From contig MHFT01000054.1 of NCBI GenBank assembly GCA_001804315.1, positions 28,428 through 84,888 on the forward strand: 56,461 bases of DNA, read 5' to 3'. This DNA is from Omnitrophica bacterium RIFCSPLOWO2_12_FULL_50_11 (GTDB taxonomy: Bacteria > Omnitrophota > Omnitrophia > Omnitrophales > Danuiimicrobiaceae). Position numbers and translations under genes: made by a program. Below are positions 1 through 9,255 of this stretch, in pieces (position 1 is the stretch's first letter; each line of letters begins with the position of its first letter). Below the pieces are notes generated by a model. That model was not told the origin of the DNA, searched no databases, and saw only the letters and a list, made by a program, of their open reading frames with translations.

Positions 1-2493
1 CGGGCCCTGGTCTTGGGCTGCGACCTGGGGGATTAACTGCAGGCCGCGGGTTTCGACGGAGATGTCGCCAGAGCGAGAGAAGACGCCGCGGCGAACCAGG
101 TTCGGGATATCCCCGACGAGGTTAATTTGCACAATTTGAGTCTCGTCAAAATTAATGTGATGATCCGAGCTGGCAAAGTCGAGTGTGTAATTCTTCCACT
201 CGCCGGTGAGTTCCAGCCAGAATGACGCACGAAGTCCATTAACGTCGTCGCCCTCGGCTTTGATTCGTTTGCCTGCAGGCCCATTGATCGCAAGTGTGTA
301 GCCAGCGGACAGATTTTGCGGGGTTCCAATAAACTTGCGGGGTTCGTCGGGCCTGCCATCGTCATTAAGGTCCTCAAAGTATCCCCAGCCCATTTGCGTC
401 CAGACGAAATCATCGTCAACAATGTCCCCATCGGGAGGAAAATCATAATGCCATGAAAAATTATTGGGTGACGTTTGGTCGTGGGTAATGATTCCGTTAG
501 CCTGCGCTTTTCCGAATGTGGAGCCTGTGTTAGTTGAAAGTTCCGGTGGCCAAAGTTCCTGTGGCCCCGCAAGATTCGTCAAACGCGTCCCATCATATGG
601 CCTCGAGCTTACCGGCTTCGTGTAGTGAAGGCCTCCGGTTTTGATCTCCACGAAACCCAAGTAATGGCCAAATGACACCTCGGCGTCAATGACAAAGACG
701 ATCTCTCGAAGATCGTCAAGATTAACGGTGGGTTGTCCTGCACGAAACCTTCTTAAATTCTCAGCAGCTAGCTCATCGTGAGTGACCACGATTTCTTGAG
801 TCCCAGCACTCCGTCTGCCTCGAAAAAACGCCAAGGCTTGACCGCTCGAATCCTTAAACTCAATTTTGATACAAGCACCCAAGGTGCATGGATTGTCTGT
901 GACCATTTCGAACACAAACCGGTCAATTCGATCTGCTTTCACAGTCGGGTCAAACTTAATAAAAGCACCTCCGTAAGTGTCGGGCCTCGTAATATCATAC
1001 GTAAAGCGAAACTCTGAAGATGACTTTTGCTCGAGCGTGATGCACCCTCCAAAGGGGCACTTTGAACCATCCCATTGACCTAAATAACCCTGACCCGGAA
1101 GAATGGTTGGGCTTGCGCGGAGCAAGACGTTGTGATTCGGATCCTGGTTGTATTGGTCGATCGCTTCAATAAATTGATTTAAAAGATTGCGCGTTCCGGC
1201 GGTTGATTCATTTGATGAAGAAACTTCCGCGATGCGGTCGGCCAAGAAATCGTATTCATACGCGGCGTCGTTGATGACCCCTTCCTGATTGAAAGCATAA
1301 ATACCCTCCGCACCTACCAGATATTCAACCTCAGCACCGGCTTGAGCAAGGTCCAATACGCTCGGCGTCGGGCTCGCGCTCCCAAGATGCACGTGCGCCA
1401 CGACCGAAGCGTACGAAAGCAAATCACGGACAACCGGATGGACACGAATTTCGTCCTGGTCTCCGCTCGTAAAAAGAACGATACTTCCACCAATCACCGC
1501 GATACCAACCTCGATGGCCCCCTCGACAAGCTTCCTTAAATGGTCGCCACTCAATTCGGTTACAATCACCGCCGCCGCATAATCGGGAACCAAATAATCA
1601 CGAGCCTCATCAAAGGAATATTCTGCAAGGTCCCTTGGTACATCTCCATCTTGAGAAACCTCCTGAGAAGATTCCGGCTCCGCGCTCCCTTCTGACTTAT
1701 CACTACCATCCGGAGAACTGGAAGGGGATGGAGACGGCGAATCTGACGGAACAGGCGTAGGAACCGGTGAAGGTGACGAAGTCGGCGCCGGAGAATCTTC
1801 TGGAGATGGCTTAGGAATTGGTGAAGGTGATGGTGAAGTTGACGGTGACGGCGATGGTGACACGGCAGGCGTTGGGCTGGGCGTAATTTGTGTATTGCTC
1901 TGTGGCAGAACGTCCGATCCGGCTGCAGCTTCGCTGCCAAGGTTTTCTTGCCCACCGGTCTCGCCACTGGAAGCAGGACCAGCAATCGACGCGTTTTTGA
2001 TTTGCCGTCGAAGCGCATCGATCGCCTCTTCGAGGCTCTTGCACTCATCCGTTCCCTTCTTACTCTCCGACCGACAATTATCTAAATCCCGAATGAGCCC
2101 CTCGAGAAGTCTCTTCTCACTATCCAGGTTTGGCGCGGCACCGCCCAGTTTCCGAGCCTCACCCGATACTCCTTCAGACCCCGTAACCACAGAAAGCACC
2201 CTTGATATCGGTGAGCCCATCAAAAAGTCAATACCCGAAATATCCGCAATACTAGGAATTACGAGATCAACATCTTCCGGTTGATCCAATTCAGGAACCG
2301 GTATCTCGGGCAAAACGTGGTCATCGGGATCAGCAGGATTTGAGGAGATCTCGTGTGAGGCGAAAGCATCTGGCTCAAATAAAATCCACAGCGGGAAACT
2401 TTGAAAAACTTGAAAGTGAAGTAAAGACAGGACGAGTGTAAAGGCAACGACACGAAAGCAAAAACTGTGTTTGCTTCTGCTAAAGCCACTCAC
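1..2493 (-). CDS. Secreted hypothetical protein with Ser/Pro-rich linker; the C-terminus runs off the left edge of the window
   Basis: Hand translation of the minus strand, in the frame whose last codon is nt 3-1, is stop-free from 2493 down to 1 (831 codons). The ORF track misses it because no stop codon lies inside the window. The start is GTG 2493, preceded by AGAGG, and an in-frame TAA at 2568-2566 bounds the ORF upstream. The N-terminus MSGFSRSKHSFCFRVVAFTLVLSLL looks like a signal or anchor. An SPSPSPSTSPSPSPIPKPSP-type linker is encoded at about 1690-1920, followed by a long non-repetitive C-terminal region (..GQWDGSKCPFGGCITLEQK..). Confidence 0.75.
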   Translation of the reverse strand, partial: MSGFSRSKHSFCFRVVAFTLVLSLLHFQVFQSFPLWILFEPDAFASHEISSNPADPDDHVLPEIPVPELDQPEDVDLVIPSIADISGIDFLMGSPISRVLSVVTGSEGVSGEARKLGGAAPNLDSEKRLLEGLIRDLDNCRSESKKGTDECKSLEEAIDALRRQIKNASIAGPASSGETGGQENLGSEAAAGSDVLPQSNTQITPSPTPAVSPSPSPSTSPSPSPIPKPSPEDSPAPTSSPSPVPTPVPSDSPSPSPSSSPDGSDKSEGSAEPESSQEVSQDGDVPRDLAEYSFDEARDYLVPDYAAAVIVTELSGDHLRKLVEGAIEVGIAVIGGSIVLFTSGDQDEIRVHPVVRDLLSYASVVAHVHLGSASPTPSVLDLAQAGAEVEYLVGAEGIYAFNQEGVINDAAYEYDFLADRIAEVSSSNESTAGTRNLLNQFIEAIDQYNQDPNHNVLLRASPTILPGQGYLGQWDGSKCPFGGCITLEQKSSSEFRFTYDITRPDTYGGAFIKFDPTVKADRIDRFVFEMVTDNPCTLGACIKIEFKDSSGQALAFFRGRRSAGTQEIVVTHDELAAENLRRFRAGQPTVNLDDLREIVFVIDAEVSFGHYLGFVEIKTGGLHYTKPVSSRPYDGTRLTNLAGPQELWPPELSTNTGSTFGKAQANGIITHDQTSPNNFSWHYDFPPDGDIVDDDFVWTQMGWGYFEDLNDDGRPDEPRKFIGTPQNLSAGYTLAINGPAGKRIKAEGDDVNGLRASFWLELTGEWKNYTLDFASSDHHINFDETQIVQINLVGDIPNLVRRGVFSRSGDISVETRGLQLIPQVAAQDQGP

Positions 2494-2614
2494 TTCACGT
2501 TTACCTCTACTCTCTCTAAAAGTTAGCGTTGTGCGCAATGACTTTGTACCCTCATTTACAAACGCTTAGCTATCATAGGCAAAACAAATTAACAATTATT
2601 GTAATAGTAAAATA

Positions 2615-2643
2615 AGTATACATGGAATTCGTACAGAAGTCAA
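2615..2643 (-). promoter_or_regulatory. Sigma70-type promoter for the secreted-protein gene
   Basis: The minus strand reads TTGACT (2643-2638), 17 nt, TATACT (2620-2615), in an AT-rich gap downstream of the uvrA stop. Confidence 0.6.
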
Positions 2644-2668
2644 AAAATAAACTGAGAAAAAAGCGTCG

Positions 2669-5491
2669 CTATAACTCATTCGTATGAAGGTACTTACGGA
2701 GATAGCCACCTGTATATGAACTCTGCTCCATTGCCACTTCTTCTGGTGACCCTGCTCCAACCACCTCCCCTCCCTTATCTCCACCTTCAGGCCCAAGGTC
2801 AATAATGTAGTCCGCCATCTTGACGACTTCTAAGTTGTGCTCAACCACGATCACCGTATTACCACCGTCGCGCAAACGAAAAAGTGCTTTGAGCAAATTC
2901 GCGATGTCCGCTGCATGAAGGCCTGTTGTCGGTTCGTCCAAGATGTAAAGCGTCTTCCCAGTCGAGCGTTTTTGAAGCTCACTGGCTAGCTTGATTCTCT
3001 GGGCCTCGCCGCCCGAAAGCGTGGTCGAAGGCTGCCCTAACTTCAAGTATCCCAATCCAATTTCGTCGAGTAGCTGCAAGCGCTCGCGGATTTGAGGAAC
3101 GGGTGAAAAAAATTCAAGCGCTTCCCCGACGGACGAATCCAAAACATCAGCAATATTTCTACCTCTGTATCTCACGTTCAAAGTCGGTTCATTGTAACGT
3201 TTGCCCAAACACGCTTCACATAATACGTAGACGTCGGGCAAAAAGCTCATCTCGAGTCTTTGATAACCTTCGCCGCGGCAGATGTCACAACGTCCCCCTT
3301 TCAAATTGAAACTAAACCGCGAGTGGCTAAAACTTCTGAGGCGTGCTTCATGGGTTTGCGCAAAGAGCTTCCGGATCGCAGTAAAGACGTCCGTATACGT
3401 TGCAGGATTCGATCGAGGGGTGCGGCCAATGGGCGCTTGATCGATCGAGACAATCCGATCAATCCGATCTAGGTTCGAAATCGAACGAAACATGCCGGTC
3501 GCATAATCCGTTTTCCAAATTTGGTTGTGGACGGCCTTAAACAGGATATCGTGCACCAGGGTGCTCTTACCAGAGCCCGAAACACCTGTGACACAGATAA
3601 GGCAGCCTAAGGGAAACCGGACGTCAATCTGCTTTAAGTTATGCTCTGCACAACCTTTGATCATAATGAACTCAGCTTTTCGATAATCCTTACGCTGCCG
3701 CGGTATCGGGATAGAAAGTTGGCCGGACAAGTATCGCCCAGTCAGGGACTCGTGAGTCTCGCTCACGCGCTTGACATCTCCCACTGCCATCAGTTCCCCA
3801 CCTTCACGACCTGCCCTTGGTCCTAAATCAATGATGCAGTCCGCATGGCGCATCGTTTGCTCGTCGTGTTCAACGACAATGAGCGTGTTGTTTAAGTCTT
3901 TGAGCCGCGTCAGTGCGCCGAGCAATTTCTCATTGTCCTTTGGATGAAGCCCAATCGTAGGTTCATCCAAGACGTAAAGCACCCCCGTGAGCCCCACTCC
4001 TATTTGTGCTGCGAGACGGATCCGCTGTAATTCCCCGCCGGCGAGCGTGGTGACGGAACGGTCGAGCGTTAAATAATTTAAACCCACCTGATCTAAAAAA
4101 CGAAGCCGCTCTCGAATCTCCTTGAGGATGGGCTCTGCAATCACCTTTTCCTTTCCATGAAAGTCGATGGAGTTGAAAAATGAAACCACTTCTTCGATGG
4201 AGAGACTACACATCTCGACAATATTTTTACCTTGAACTCTGACTCCTAACGATTCCTGTTTTAGGCGCGCACCGCGGCAGGCGGAACAAACATCCTCCCG
4301 TATGAATTTACGAATCTCGCGTTTGATTTTCTCAGAAGAAGTCGAATAGTACAGATCTTCTAATTCCTGAATCAAACCCGTAATTTCGCCAGTTCCCCAA
4401 AAAAGGGCCTCTTTAACTTCCGAGGACAAATCCCCGTAAGCGGTTGAGAGATCGAACTTAAAATGTTCCTTGAGTTCATAAATCAGATCCTCAATGACAT
4501 ATTGATTGAATGAGAAATAGATTTCCTCATTGATCGCTCCTTTCAAAAGCGGCTTTGACGGATCGCCAATAACCCGGTGCGCAATCACTTGCGAAAGCCG
4601 CCCAATCCCGCGGCACCGTTCGCAAGCACCGTACGGACTGTTAAACGAAAACACATTGGGAGCCAAATCTTTAAAATTGATTCCGCAGCGCGGACACATC
4701 CGCTTTTGCGAAAAAAAATATTCTTTCGAAGAGGCGCTTGATTTACGATCCGATCCGCGCCGCGGGCCCATTTTTGAGACAACCTGAACAAGACACACCC
4801 CATTCGCCAAATCCATCGCTGTTTTGAGCGATTCTCTCACCCGCTCGACATTGCGGGGTACCACCTCGGTCGTATCCACCAAGACTTCGATATCGTGCCG
4901 TTTCGTTTTGGAAATCTTCACAGATTGATGAAGGTCATAAATCTTTTGATCGACGCGAACGCGTGAGAAACCTTTCTTGAGAATACCCTGAAAGAATTTG
5001 TGATACTCCCCCTTTCGGCCGCGAACGAGCGGCGCAAAAATACCGACTTGACCACCTTGCGCAACCAACTCAATCTGAGAGACAATCTCTTGAAGAGACT
5101 GCTGCCCGGCTCGGCGTCCACACTGGGGGCAGAACACTTCGCCCACTTTCGCATAAAGAAGCCTCAAGTAATCGTAAATTTCCGTGACGGTTGCGACCGT
5201 GGAACGTGGATTCCGTGGGATCGCTCTTTGGTCAATGGCAAGACTGGGTGAGAGACCTGAGATGGAATCGACGTCCGGCTTCTTTAAGCGCTCCAAAAAT
5301 TGGCGGGCATAAGAAGAAAGGCTTTCCAGATAGCGGCGCTGTCCTTCAGCATAGAGGGTATCGAAAGCGAGTGAACTCTTCCCGGATCCAGAGAGTCCCG
5401 TGATGACAACGAACCGGTTCCGCGGGATCTCGACGTTAATATTCTTTAGGTTATGTTCGCGGGCACCGCAAACAACGATTTTGGCTTCCAT
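2669..5491 (-). CDS. uvrA: Excinuclease ABC subunit A
   Basis: Two ABC ATPase modules are present ([58 protein letters not shown]), along with Cys-pair zinc modules. The start was moved to ATG 5491 ([17 protein letters not shown]) to match typical UvrA N-termini; TTG 5560 is the alternative. Confidence 0.97.
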   Translation of the reverse strand: MEAKIVVCGAREHNLKNINVEIPRNRFVVITGLSGSGKSSLAFDTLYAEGQRRYLESLSSYARQFLERLKKPDVDSISGLSPSLAIDQRAIPRNPRSTVATVTEIYDYLRLLYAKVGEVFCPQCGRRAGQQSLQEIVSQIELVAQGGQVGIFAPLVRGRKGEYHKFFQGILKKGFSRVRVDQKIYDLHQSVKISKTKRHDIEVLVDTTEVVPRNVERVRESLKTAMDLANGVCLVQVVSKMGPRRGSDRKSSASSKEYFFSQKRMCPRCGINFKDLAPNVFSFNSPYGACERCRGIGRLSQVIAHRVIGDPSKPLLKGAINEEIYFSFNQYVIEDLIYELKEHFKFDLSTAYGDLSSEVKEALFWGTGEITGLIQELEDLYYSTSSEKIKREIRKFIREDVCSACRGARLKQESLGVRVQGKNIVEMCSLSIEEVVSFFNSIDFHGKEKVIAEPILKEIRERLRFLDQVGLNYLTLDRSVTTLAGGELQRIRLAAQIGVGLTGVLYVLDEPTIGLHPKDNEKLLGALTRLKDLNNTLIVVEHDEQTMRHADCIIDLGPRAGREGGELMAVGDVKRVSETHESLTGRYLSGQLSIPIPRQRKDYRKAEFIMIKGCAEHNLKQIDVRFPLGCLICVTGVSGSGKSTLVHDILFKAVHNQIWKTDYATGMFRSISNLDRIDRIVSIDQAPIGRTPRSNPATYTDVFTAIRKLFAQTHEARLRSFSHSRFSFNLKGGRCDICRGEGYQRLEMSFLPDVYVLCEACLGKRYNEPTLNVRYRGRNIADVLDSSVGEALEFFSPVPQIRERLQLLDEIGLGYLKLGQPSTTLSGGEAQRIKLASELQKRSTGKTLYILDEPTTGLHAADIANLLKALFRLRDGGNTVIVVEHNLEVVKMADYIIDLGPEGGDKGGEVVGAGSPEEVAMEQSSYTGGYLRKYLHTNEL

Positions 5492-5572
5492 ACGACCTAA
5501 TGGAGGAAGGCACAGCTTTTGATCAGCGACAAGAAGATGAGGACGAGCGTCAGATAGCAATCAGATTCCCCG

Positions 5573-5923
5573 TCATGGAATCGGACGATTTTGACGATCC
5601 ACTTTAACGATCTTCGGGCGATGCCGTTTTCGCTCATGCTCACTCAAGGTACAGAAACTCATAATTAAAACGGTATCACCGACATGATTCTGAATCGCGG
5701 CTCCCCCATTCGCACACACGACACCGGAACCCCATGGACCGGGAATGGCGTAGCTTTCGACGCGTGAACCGTTCGCGAGATTGGCAATCAGCACTTTTTC
5801 CCACTCTACGATATTGGCTTCATCCATCAGCTTTTCGTCGATCGTGACGCTGCCTTCATAATTGACGTTCGCATCTGTAATCGTAGCACGATGAATTTTT
5901 GATTTTAATACTTCGCGGATCAT
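5573..5923 (-). CDS. panD: Aspartate 1-decarboxylase
   Basis: MIREVLKSKIHRATITDANVNYEGSVTIDEKLM... has the typical PanD N-terminus and YEGS processing-site region. The first 66 codons of ORF 5573-6121 are translated repeat DNA, so the start was set to ATG 5923. Confidence 0.92.
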   Translation of the reverse strand: MIREVLKSKIHRATITDANVNYEGSVTIDEKLMDEANIVEWEKVLIANLANGSRVESYAIPGPWGSGVVCANGGAAIQNHVGDTVLIMSFCTLSEHERKRHRPKIVKVDRQNRPIP

Positions 5924-5931
5924 AGCACATT

Positions 5932-6173
5932 CGTCATTGCGAGGCAGAGAACCAAAGCATTGCCGAAGCAATCCAATAGCGCCGTCATTACAAGGAAGCG
6001 TACCCAGCAATGACGAAGTAATCTCGGATGGAGATTGCTTCGGCCCATCCTTGGGTTGCTGGCCTCGCAATGACAGAAGTGGCGTATTGCTTCGGCATCT
6101 CTTTGGCTTGCTGCCTCGCAATGACGATCAGGATACAATTGCTTCGACCTTGCTTCGGCACACTGATTCGCAA
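5932..6173. repeat. Cluster of REP-like ~45-nt units (family F1: CGTCATTGCGAGGC..N15-20..CCGAAGCAATC)
   Basis: Units lie at 5932-5974 (+), 5982-6025 (+, degenerate), 6031-6074 (inverted), 6085-6126 (inverted) and 6137-6173 (partial). Each can fold through ATTGC/GCAAT and GGC/GCC pairing. Confidence 0.85.
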
Positions 6174-6191
6174 CAACTCATCATTTCCATT

Positions 6192-7037
6192 TTAAACCCT
6201 CACCACCATATTATCAATCAATCTCGTCCGGCCAACGTAACAGGCAAGCGCGATCAGTGCTGAATGGTTCACTCGTTTCAAGGGTTTGAGCGTTTGGGGG
6301 TGAACGATGGCAACGTAATCGATTTTGGTTACATGCGGCGCAAGTACATTTTGAACCGCCTGTTTGACCCTTCTTACGTCGCGGACACCCTGTTGTCGAA
6401 CCAGTTTTCGAGCGAGAAGCAAAGCTTGATAGAGAAAACGGGCTGAAATGCGTTCCTCCCTTGAAAGATAGCGGTTTCTGGAACTCATCGCCAGTCCATC
6501 TTGCTCTCGCACAATCGGGCTCGTTTTGATCCGGACCGGCAGCTGAAATCGCTTGACCATAGATTCAATGATTCTGGCCTGTTGATAATCTTTTTCGCCA
6601 AAATAAGCGGCGTACGGTGCGACGATGTCAAAGAGGCGCTTCACCACTGTGGCAACGCCGCGGAAGTGCCCCGGCCTTTTGGGACCGCACAGATATCTCG
6701 CCAATGGGCCGGGACGTACGTAATCGCGGAAGTGACTGGGATAAATCGAACTCCGAGAAGGAACAAAAAGATAATCTACGCCCTCGCGTTTCAAAAGCCT
6801 TGTGTCCCGTGCAAGATGTCTCGGATAACGCCGGTAGTCCTCGTGGGGTCCAAACTGCGTCGGATTCACAAAAATACTGACGGCCACGATGTCATTCTCG
6901 CGGCGTGCTTTCCGAACGAGCGACAGATGTCCTTCATGAAGAAAACCCATCGTAGGAACAAACCCGATCCGCTTCCCTTTTTTCTTAAAGCGGGCGATGA
7001 CGCTCGTCAATCGTTTAGCGCTTTTCAGAACCTTCAC
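6192..7037 (-). CDS. panC: Pantoate--beta-alanine ligase
   Basis: Has the PTMGFLHEGHLSL (HxGH) motif, FVNPTQF, and a full-length 281-aa PanC-like sequence. Confidence 0.95.
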   Translation of the reverse strand: MKVLKSAKRLTSVIARFKKKGKRIGFVPTMGFLHEGHLSLVRKARRENDIVAVSIFVNPTQFGPHEDYRRYPRHLARDTRLLKREGVDYLFVPSRSSIYPSHFRDYVRPGPLARYLCGPKRPGHFRGVATVVKRLFDIVAPYAAYFGEKDYQQARIIESMVKRFQLPVRIKTSPIVREQDGLAMSSRNRYLSREERISARFLYQALLLARKLVRQQGVRDVRRVKQAVQNVLAPHVTKIDYVAIVHPQTLKPLKRVNHSALIALACYVGRTRLIDNMVVRV

Positions 7038-7494
7038 GGATTTGATCTAACAATTCACAAACGCTTTTCTTAAAAACGGGGTGGACGAAATCAGCGCGAA
7101 GATCCCAAAGCGGTTTCAGGACGAACCAACGCTCATGAAGTCTGGGGTGTGGGACCACTAAGCCGGCGTCTTTGACGACCTCGTCGCCGTAAAAAAGAAG
7201 GTCGAGATCGATTGTCCTCGGCTCATTCTTTTGACGGCGTTGGCGTCCCATAAGCTTTTCTATGGTTGAAAGCACGTGCAACAATTCCCCGGCACTCAAA
7301 TCCGTTTCTATTTCCCAAACGCGGTTTAAATACATCCCTTGCGGCGGACCGCCAATGGGGCGTGTCTCATAAATAGGAGAAGTTCGCAGAAATTTAATGG
7401 CCGGCTTAGTCGCAAGCGCCTCTTGGGCGCTTTCAATCAGATGCCGCCGATCACCCAAATTAGACCCGACGCCAATATATGCGATAACGGACAT
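7015..7494 (-). CDS. folK: 2-amino-4-hydroxy-6-hydroxymethyldihydropteridine pyrophosphokinase (HPPK)
   Basis: IGVGSNLGDR, SPIYETRPIG, RTIDLDLLFYG and VPHPRLHERWFVL are classic HPPK motifs. Confidence 0.92.
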   Translation of the reverse strand: MSVIAYIGVGSNLGDRRHLIESAQEALATKPAIKFLRTSPIYETRPIGGPPQGMYLNRVWEIETDLSAGELLHVLSTIEKLMGRQRRQKNEPRTIDLDLLFYGDEVVKDAGLVVPHPRLHERWFVLKPLWDLRADFVHPVFKKSVCELLDQIREGSEKR

Positions 7495-7503
7495 CGCCCA
7501 ATG

Positions 7504-8688
7504 CTAACGACTGTGCAGTTTTTTGATCCGATCGACCGCTTCCTGTAAACGGTCTTCTCCGATCGTGACCGACATGCGCACATAGCCTTCGCCATTCGGA
7601 CCAAAACCATTGCCGGGAGTAACGACCACATTCGCTTCCTTGAGCAAATGAGCGGCCAATTCTTGAGAAGTAAATCCAGGAGGTGAAGGAGCCCAGACGT
7701 AAAGTGTCGCCTTCGGTTTCGGCACTTTCCATCCAATCGCATTCAACCCGTCCACAAGAATATCCCGCCTGTGTTCATAAACCGCGCGATTTTTCTTGAT
7801 GCATTCCTCACCTCTTTCGAGCGCAGCGACTCCGGCAAGCTGAATCGCCTGAAAAACGCCTGAGTCAAGATTGGACTTGACCTTCCCCAAAAGTTCGACC
7901 ACCTTCGCATTTCCACACGCAAATCCGATTCGCCATCCCGCCATGTTGAATGTTTTTGACAAAGAGTGAAACTCAACTCCTATCTCTTTGGCACCGTCTG
8001 CTTCGAGGAAACTTGAGGGACGCAATCCATCAAACGCAATTTCCGTGTACGCAGCGTCGTGACAGATCGTAAAACCATACTCACGTGCCAGTTTTACAGC
8101 ACGGACAAAAAAATCTTTTTCAGCACAAGCAGTGGTCGGATTATTGGGATAATTTAAGTAAAGAAGTTTCGCGCGCTCCAAAGCACCTTTTTCGATCGCC
8201 TCAAAATCAACCAAAAAACCATTTTCTTCTAAGAGCGGCAGAAGAACGGGTTCCCCTCCGGCAAACCATGCGGCCGATTTGTAAACTGGATAACAGGGAT
8301 CAGGCACTAACACAACGTCTCCTGGATTGACCAAGGCGAGCGGAATGTGACCAATCCCCTCTTTGGAACCAATCAAGGGAAGAACTTCGCGTTCCGGATC
8401 GAGCGTGACTCCAAAACGGCTTCGATACCAGGTGGTAATGGCGCGCCGGAGTTCCGGCATCCCCTGATCCAGGGTATACCGATGATTTCGGGGATCCCGC
8501 GCTGCTCGGCCGAGTTCGTCAATAATAAACGAGGGAGTCGGCAGATCTGGATTGCCGACTCCAAGGTCTATCACGTCCTTGCCCCGAGCCAAAAGCTCCC
8601 GTTTGAGTCGATCAATCTCAACAAAGAGATAAGGAGGAAGTTTCTTAAGCCGTTGGGAGGGTTCAAATTCTCGCTTTAACTGCTTCAT
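7504..8688 (-). CDS. Class I PLP-dependent aminotransferase (LL-diaminopimelate/aspartate aminotransferase-like)
   Basis: Motifs: LPPYLFVEIDRLK, GVGNPDLPTP, NYPNNPT, and SLSKTFNMAGWRIG (PLP lysine). ATG 8688 is preferred over TTG 8697 because AAGGGA lies 9 nt upstream. Confidence 0.88.
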   Translation of the reverse strand: MKQLKREFEPSQRLKKLPPYLFVEIDRLKRELLARGKDVIDLGVGNPDLPTPSFIIDELGRAARDPRNHRYTLDQGMPELRRAITTWYRSRFGVTLDPEREVLPLIGSKEGIGHIPLALVNPGDVVLVPDPCYPVYKSAAWFAGGEPVLLPLLEENGFLVDFEAIEKGALERAKLLYLNYPNNPTTACAEKDFFVRAVKLAREYGFTICHDAAYTEIAFDGLRPSSFLEADGAKEIGVEFHSLSKTFNMAGWRIGFACGNAKVVELLGKVKSNLDSGVFQAIQLAGVAALERGEECIKKNRAVYEHRRDILVDGLNAIGWKVPKPKATLYVWAPSPPGFTSQELAAHLLKEANVVVTPGNGFGPNGEGYVRMSVTIGEDRLQEAVDRIKKLHSR

Positions 8689-8728
8689 TTTACGCAATCC
8701 CTTGAATTAAAATAACTTAGGGAGCGGA

Positions 8729-8757
8729 ATTATAACAGAGCCTCTCAGCGCTGTCAA
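8729..8757 (-). promoter_or_regulatory. Perfect consensus sigma70 promoter upstream of the aminotransferase-folK-panC-panD block
   Basis: The minus strand reads TTGACA (8757-8752), 17 nt, TATAAT (8734-8729). Confidence 0.75.
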
Positions 8758-8817
8758 ATCTCCGGCACCTGAGGACTACCACGGAAACACACGAAGGTAT
8801 GCCTACCCTACCGCGCA

Positions 8818-9015
8818 TTAAATATGGAAGGTAAAGCTCGAATCAAGAACGTGTAATTCGTAGGCCTTGTGGAGGAGTTCTTCTTTGATCCAGGTACTGC
8901 CCATTTTTTGATATAAGGAATAAAGGTCTAAAAACTCATCCTGTATCCTTTTGATGGCCGCCTGGAGGTCTTCATCGTCCTCCAACTGGAACAGAACCTC
9001 TTTGCTGAGCTTCAT
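8818..9015 (-). CDS. Hypothetical 65-aa protein, paralogous to the C-terminus of the 252-aa protein upstream
   Basis: It ends ..YELHVLDSSFTFHI and aligns without gaps to the C-termini of the two upstream genes. No clear Shine-Dalgarno. Confidence 0.5.
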   Translation of the reverse strand: MKLSKEVLFQLEDDEDLQAAIKRIQDEFLDLYSLYQKMGSTWIKEELLHKAYELHVLDSSFTFHI

Positions 9016-9039
9016 GGTTTTCGGTCCAAGGAGGACAAG

Positions 9040-9246
9040 TTAAAAGGCTTGTCGAAACCGATTTCTGATATCGAAATCCGGTATCTCACGCATGAGCAAA
9101 CGCAGCTTGACAAATAATCTTTTTCTGAGCGTCAGGTCATGCGTCTCATGCCACCTCGAGTAGAGCCTGAGAAACCGTACTTCGACGTTTTGAGCGCTAT
9201 GTTGCCGACGTTGTTTGGGTTTGAATAGACTGCTTAATGCTTTCAT
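9040..9246 (-). CDS. Hypothetical 68-aa basic protein, same paralogous module
   Basis: GAGGTG lies 5 nt upstream of ATG 9246 and overlaps the stop of the 252-aa gene. The module is VRFLRLYSRWHETHDLTLRKRLFVKLRLLMREIPDFDIRNRF. Confidence 0.55.
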   Translation of the reverse strand: MKALSSLFKPKQRRQHSAQNVEVRFLRLYSRWHETHDLTLRKRLFVKLRLLMREIPDFDIRNRFRQAF

Positions 9247-9255
9247 CGGAACACC

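Noticed and set aside
33-2489. Short ORFs listed in the track for the first 2.5 kb (33-572, 778-1017, 1342-1539, 1566-2048, 1895-2284, 2259-2489 and others)
   Set aside because: All are out-of-frame or antisense shadows of the single 831-codon minus-strand frame that leaves the window at nt 1. Their translations are low-complexity or Arg/His-rich.
5924-6121. 66-codon N-terminal extension of the panD ORF ([24 protein letters not shown])
   Set aside because: It is a translation of F1 repeat units; the same CFGSLPRND string appears in the false phoH extension. PanD homologues begin at MIREVLKSKIHRA.
5932-6173. Possibility that the F1 repeat clusters (also 12485-12656) are a CRISPR array
   Set aside because: The units occur in both orientations, have variable length and internal sequence, show no regular repeat-spacer periodicity, and have no cas genes nearby.
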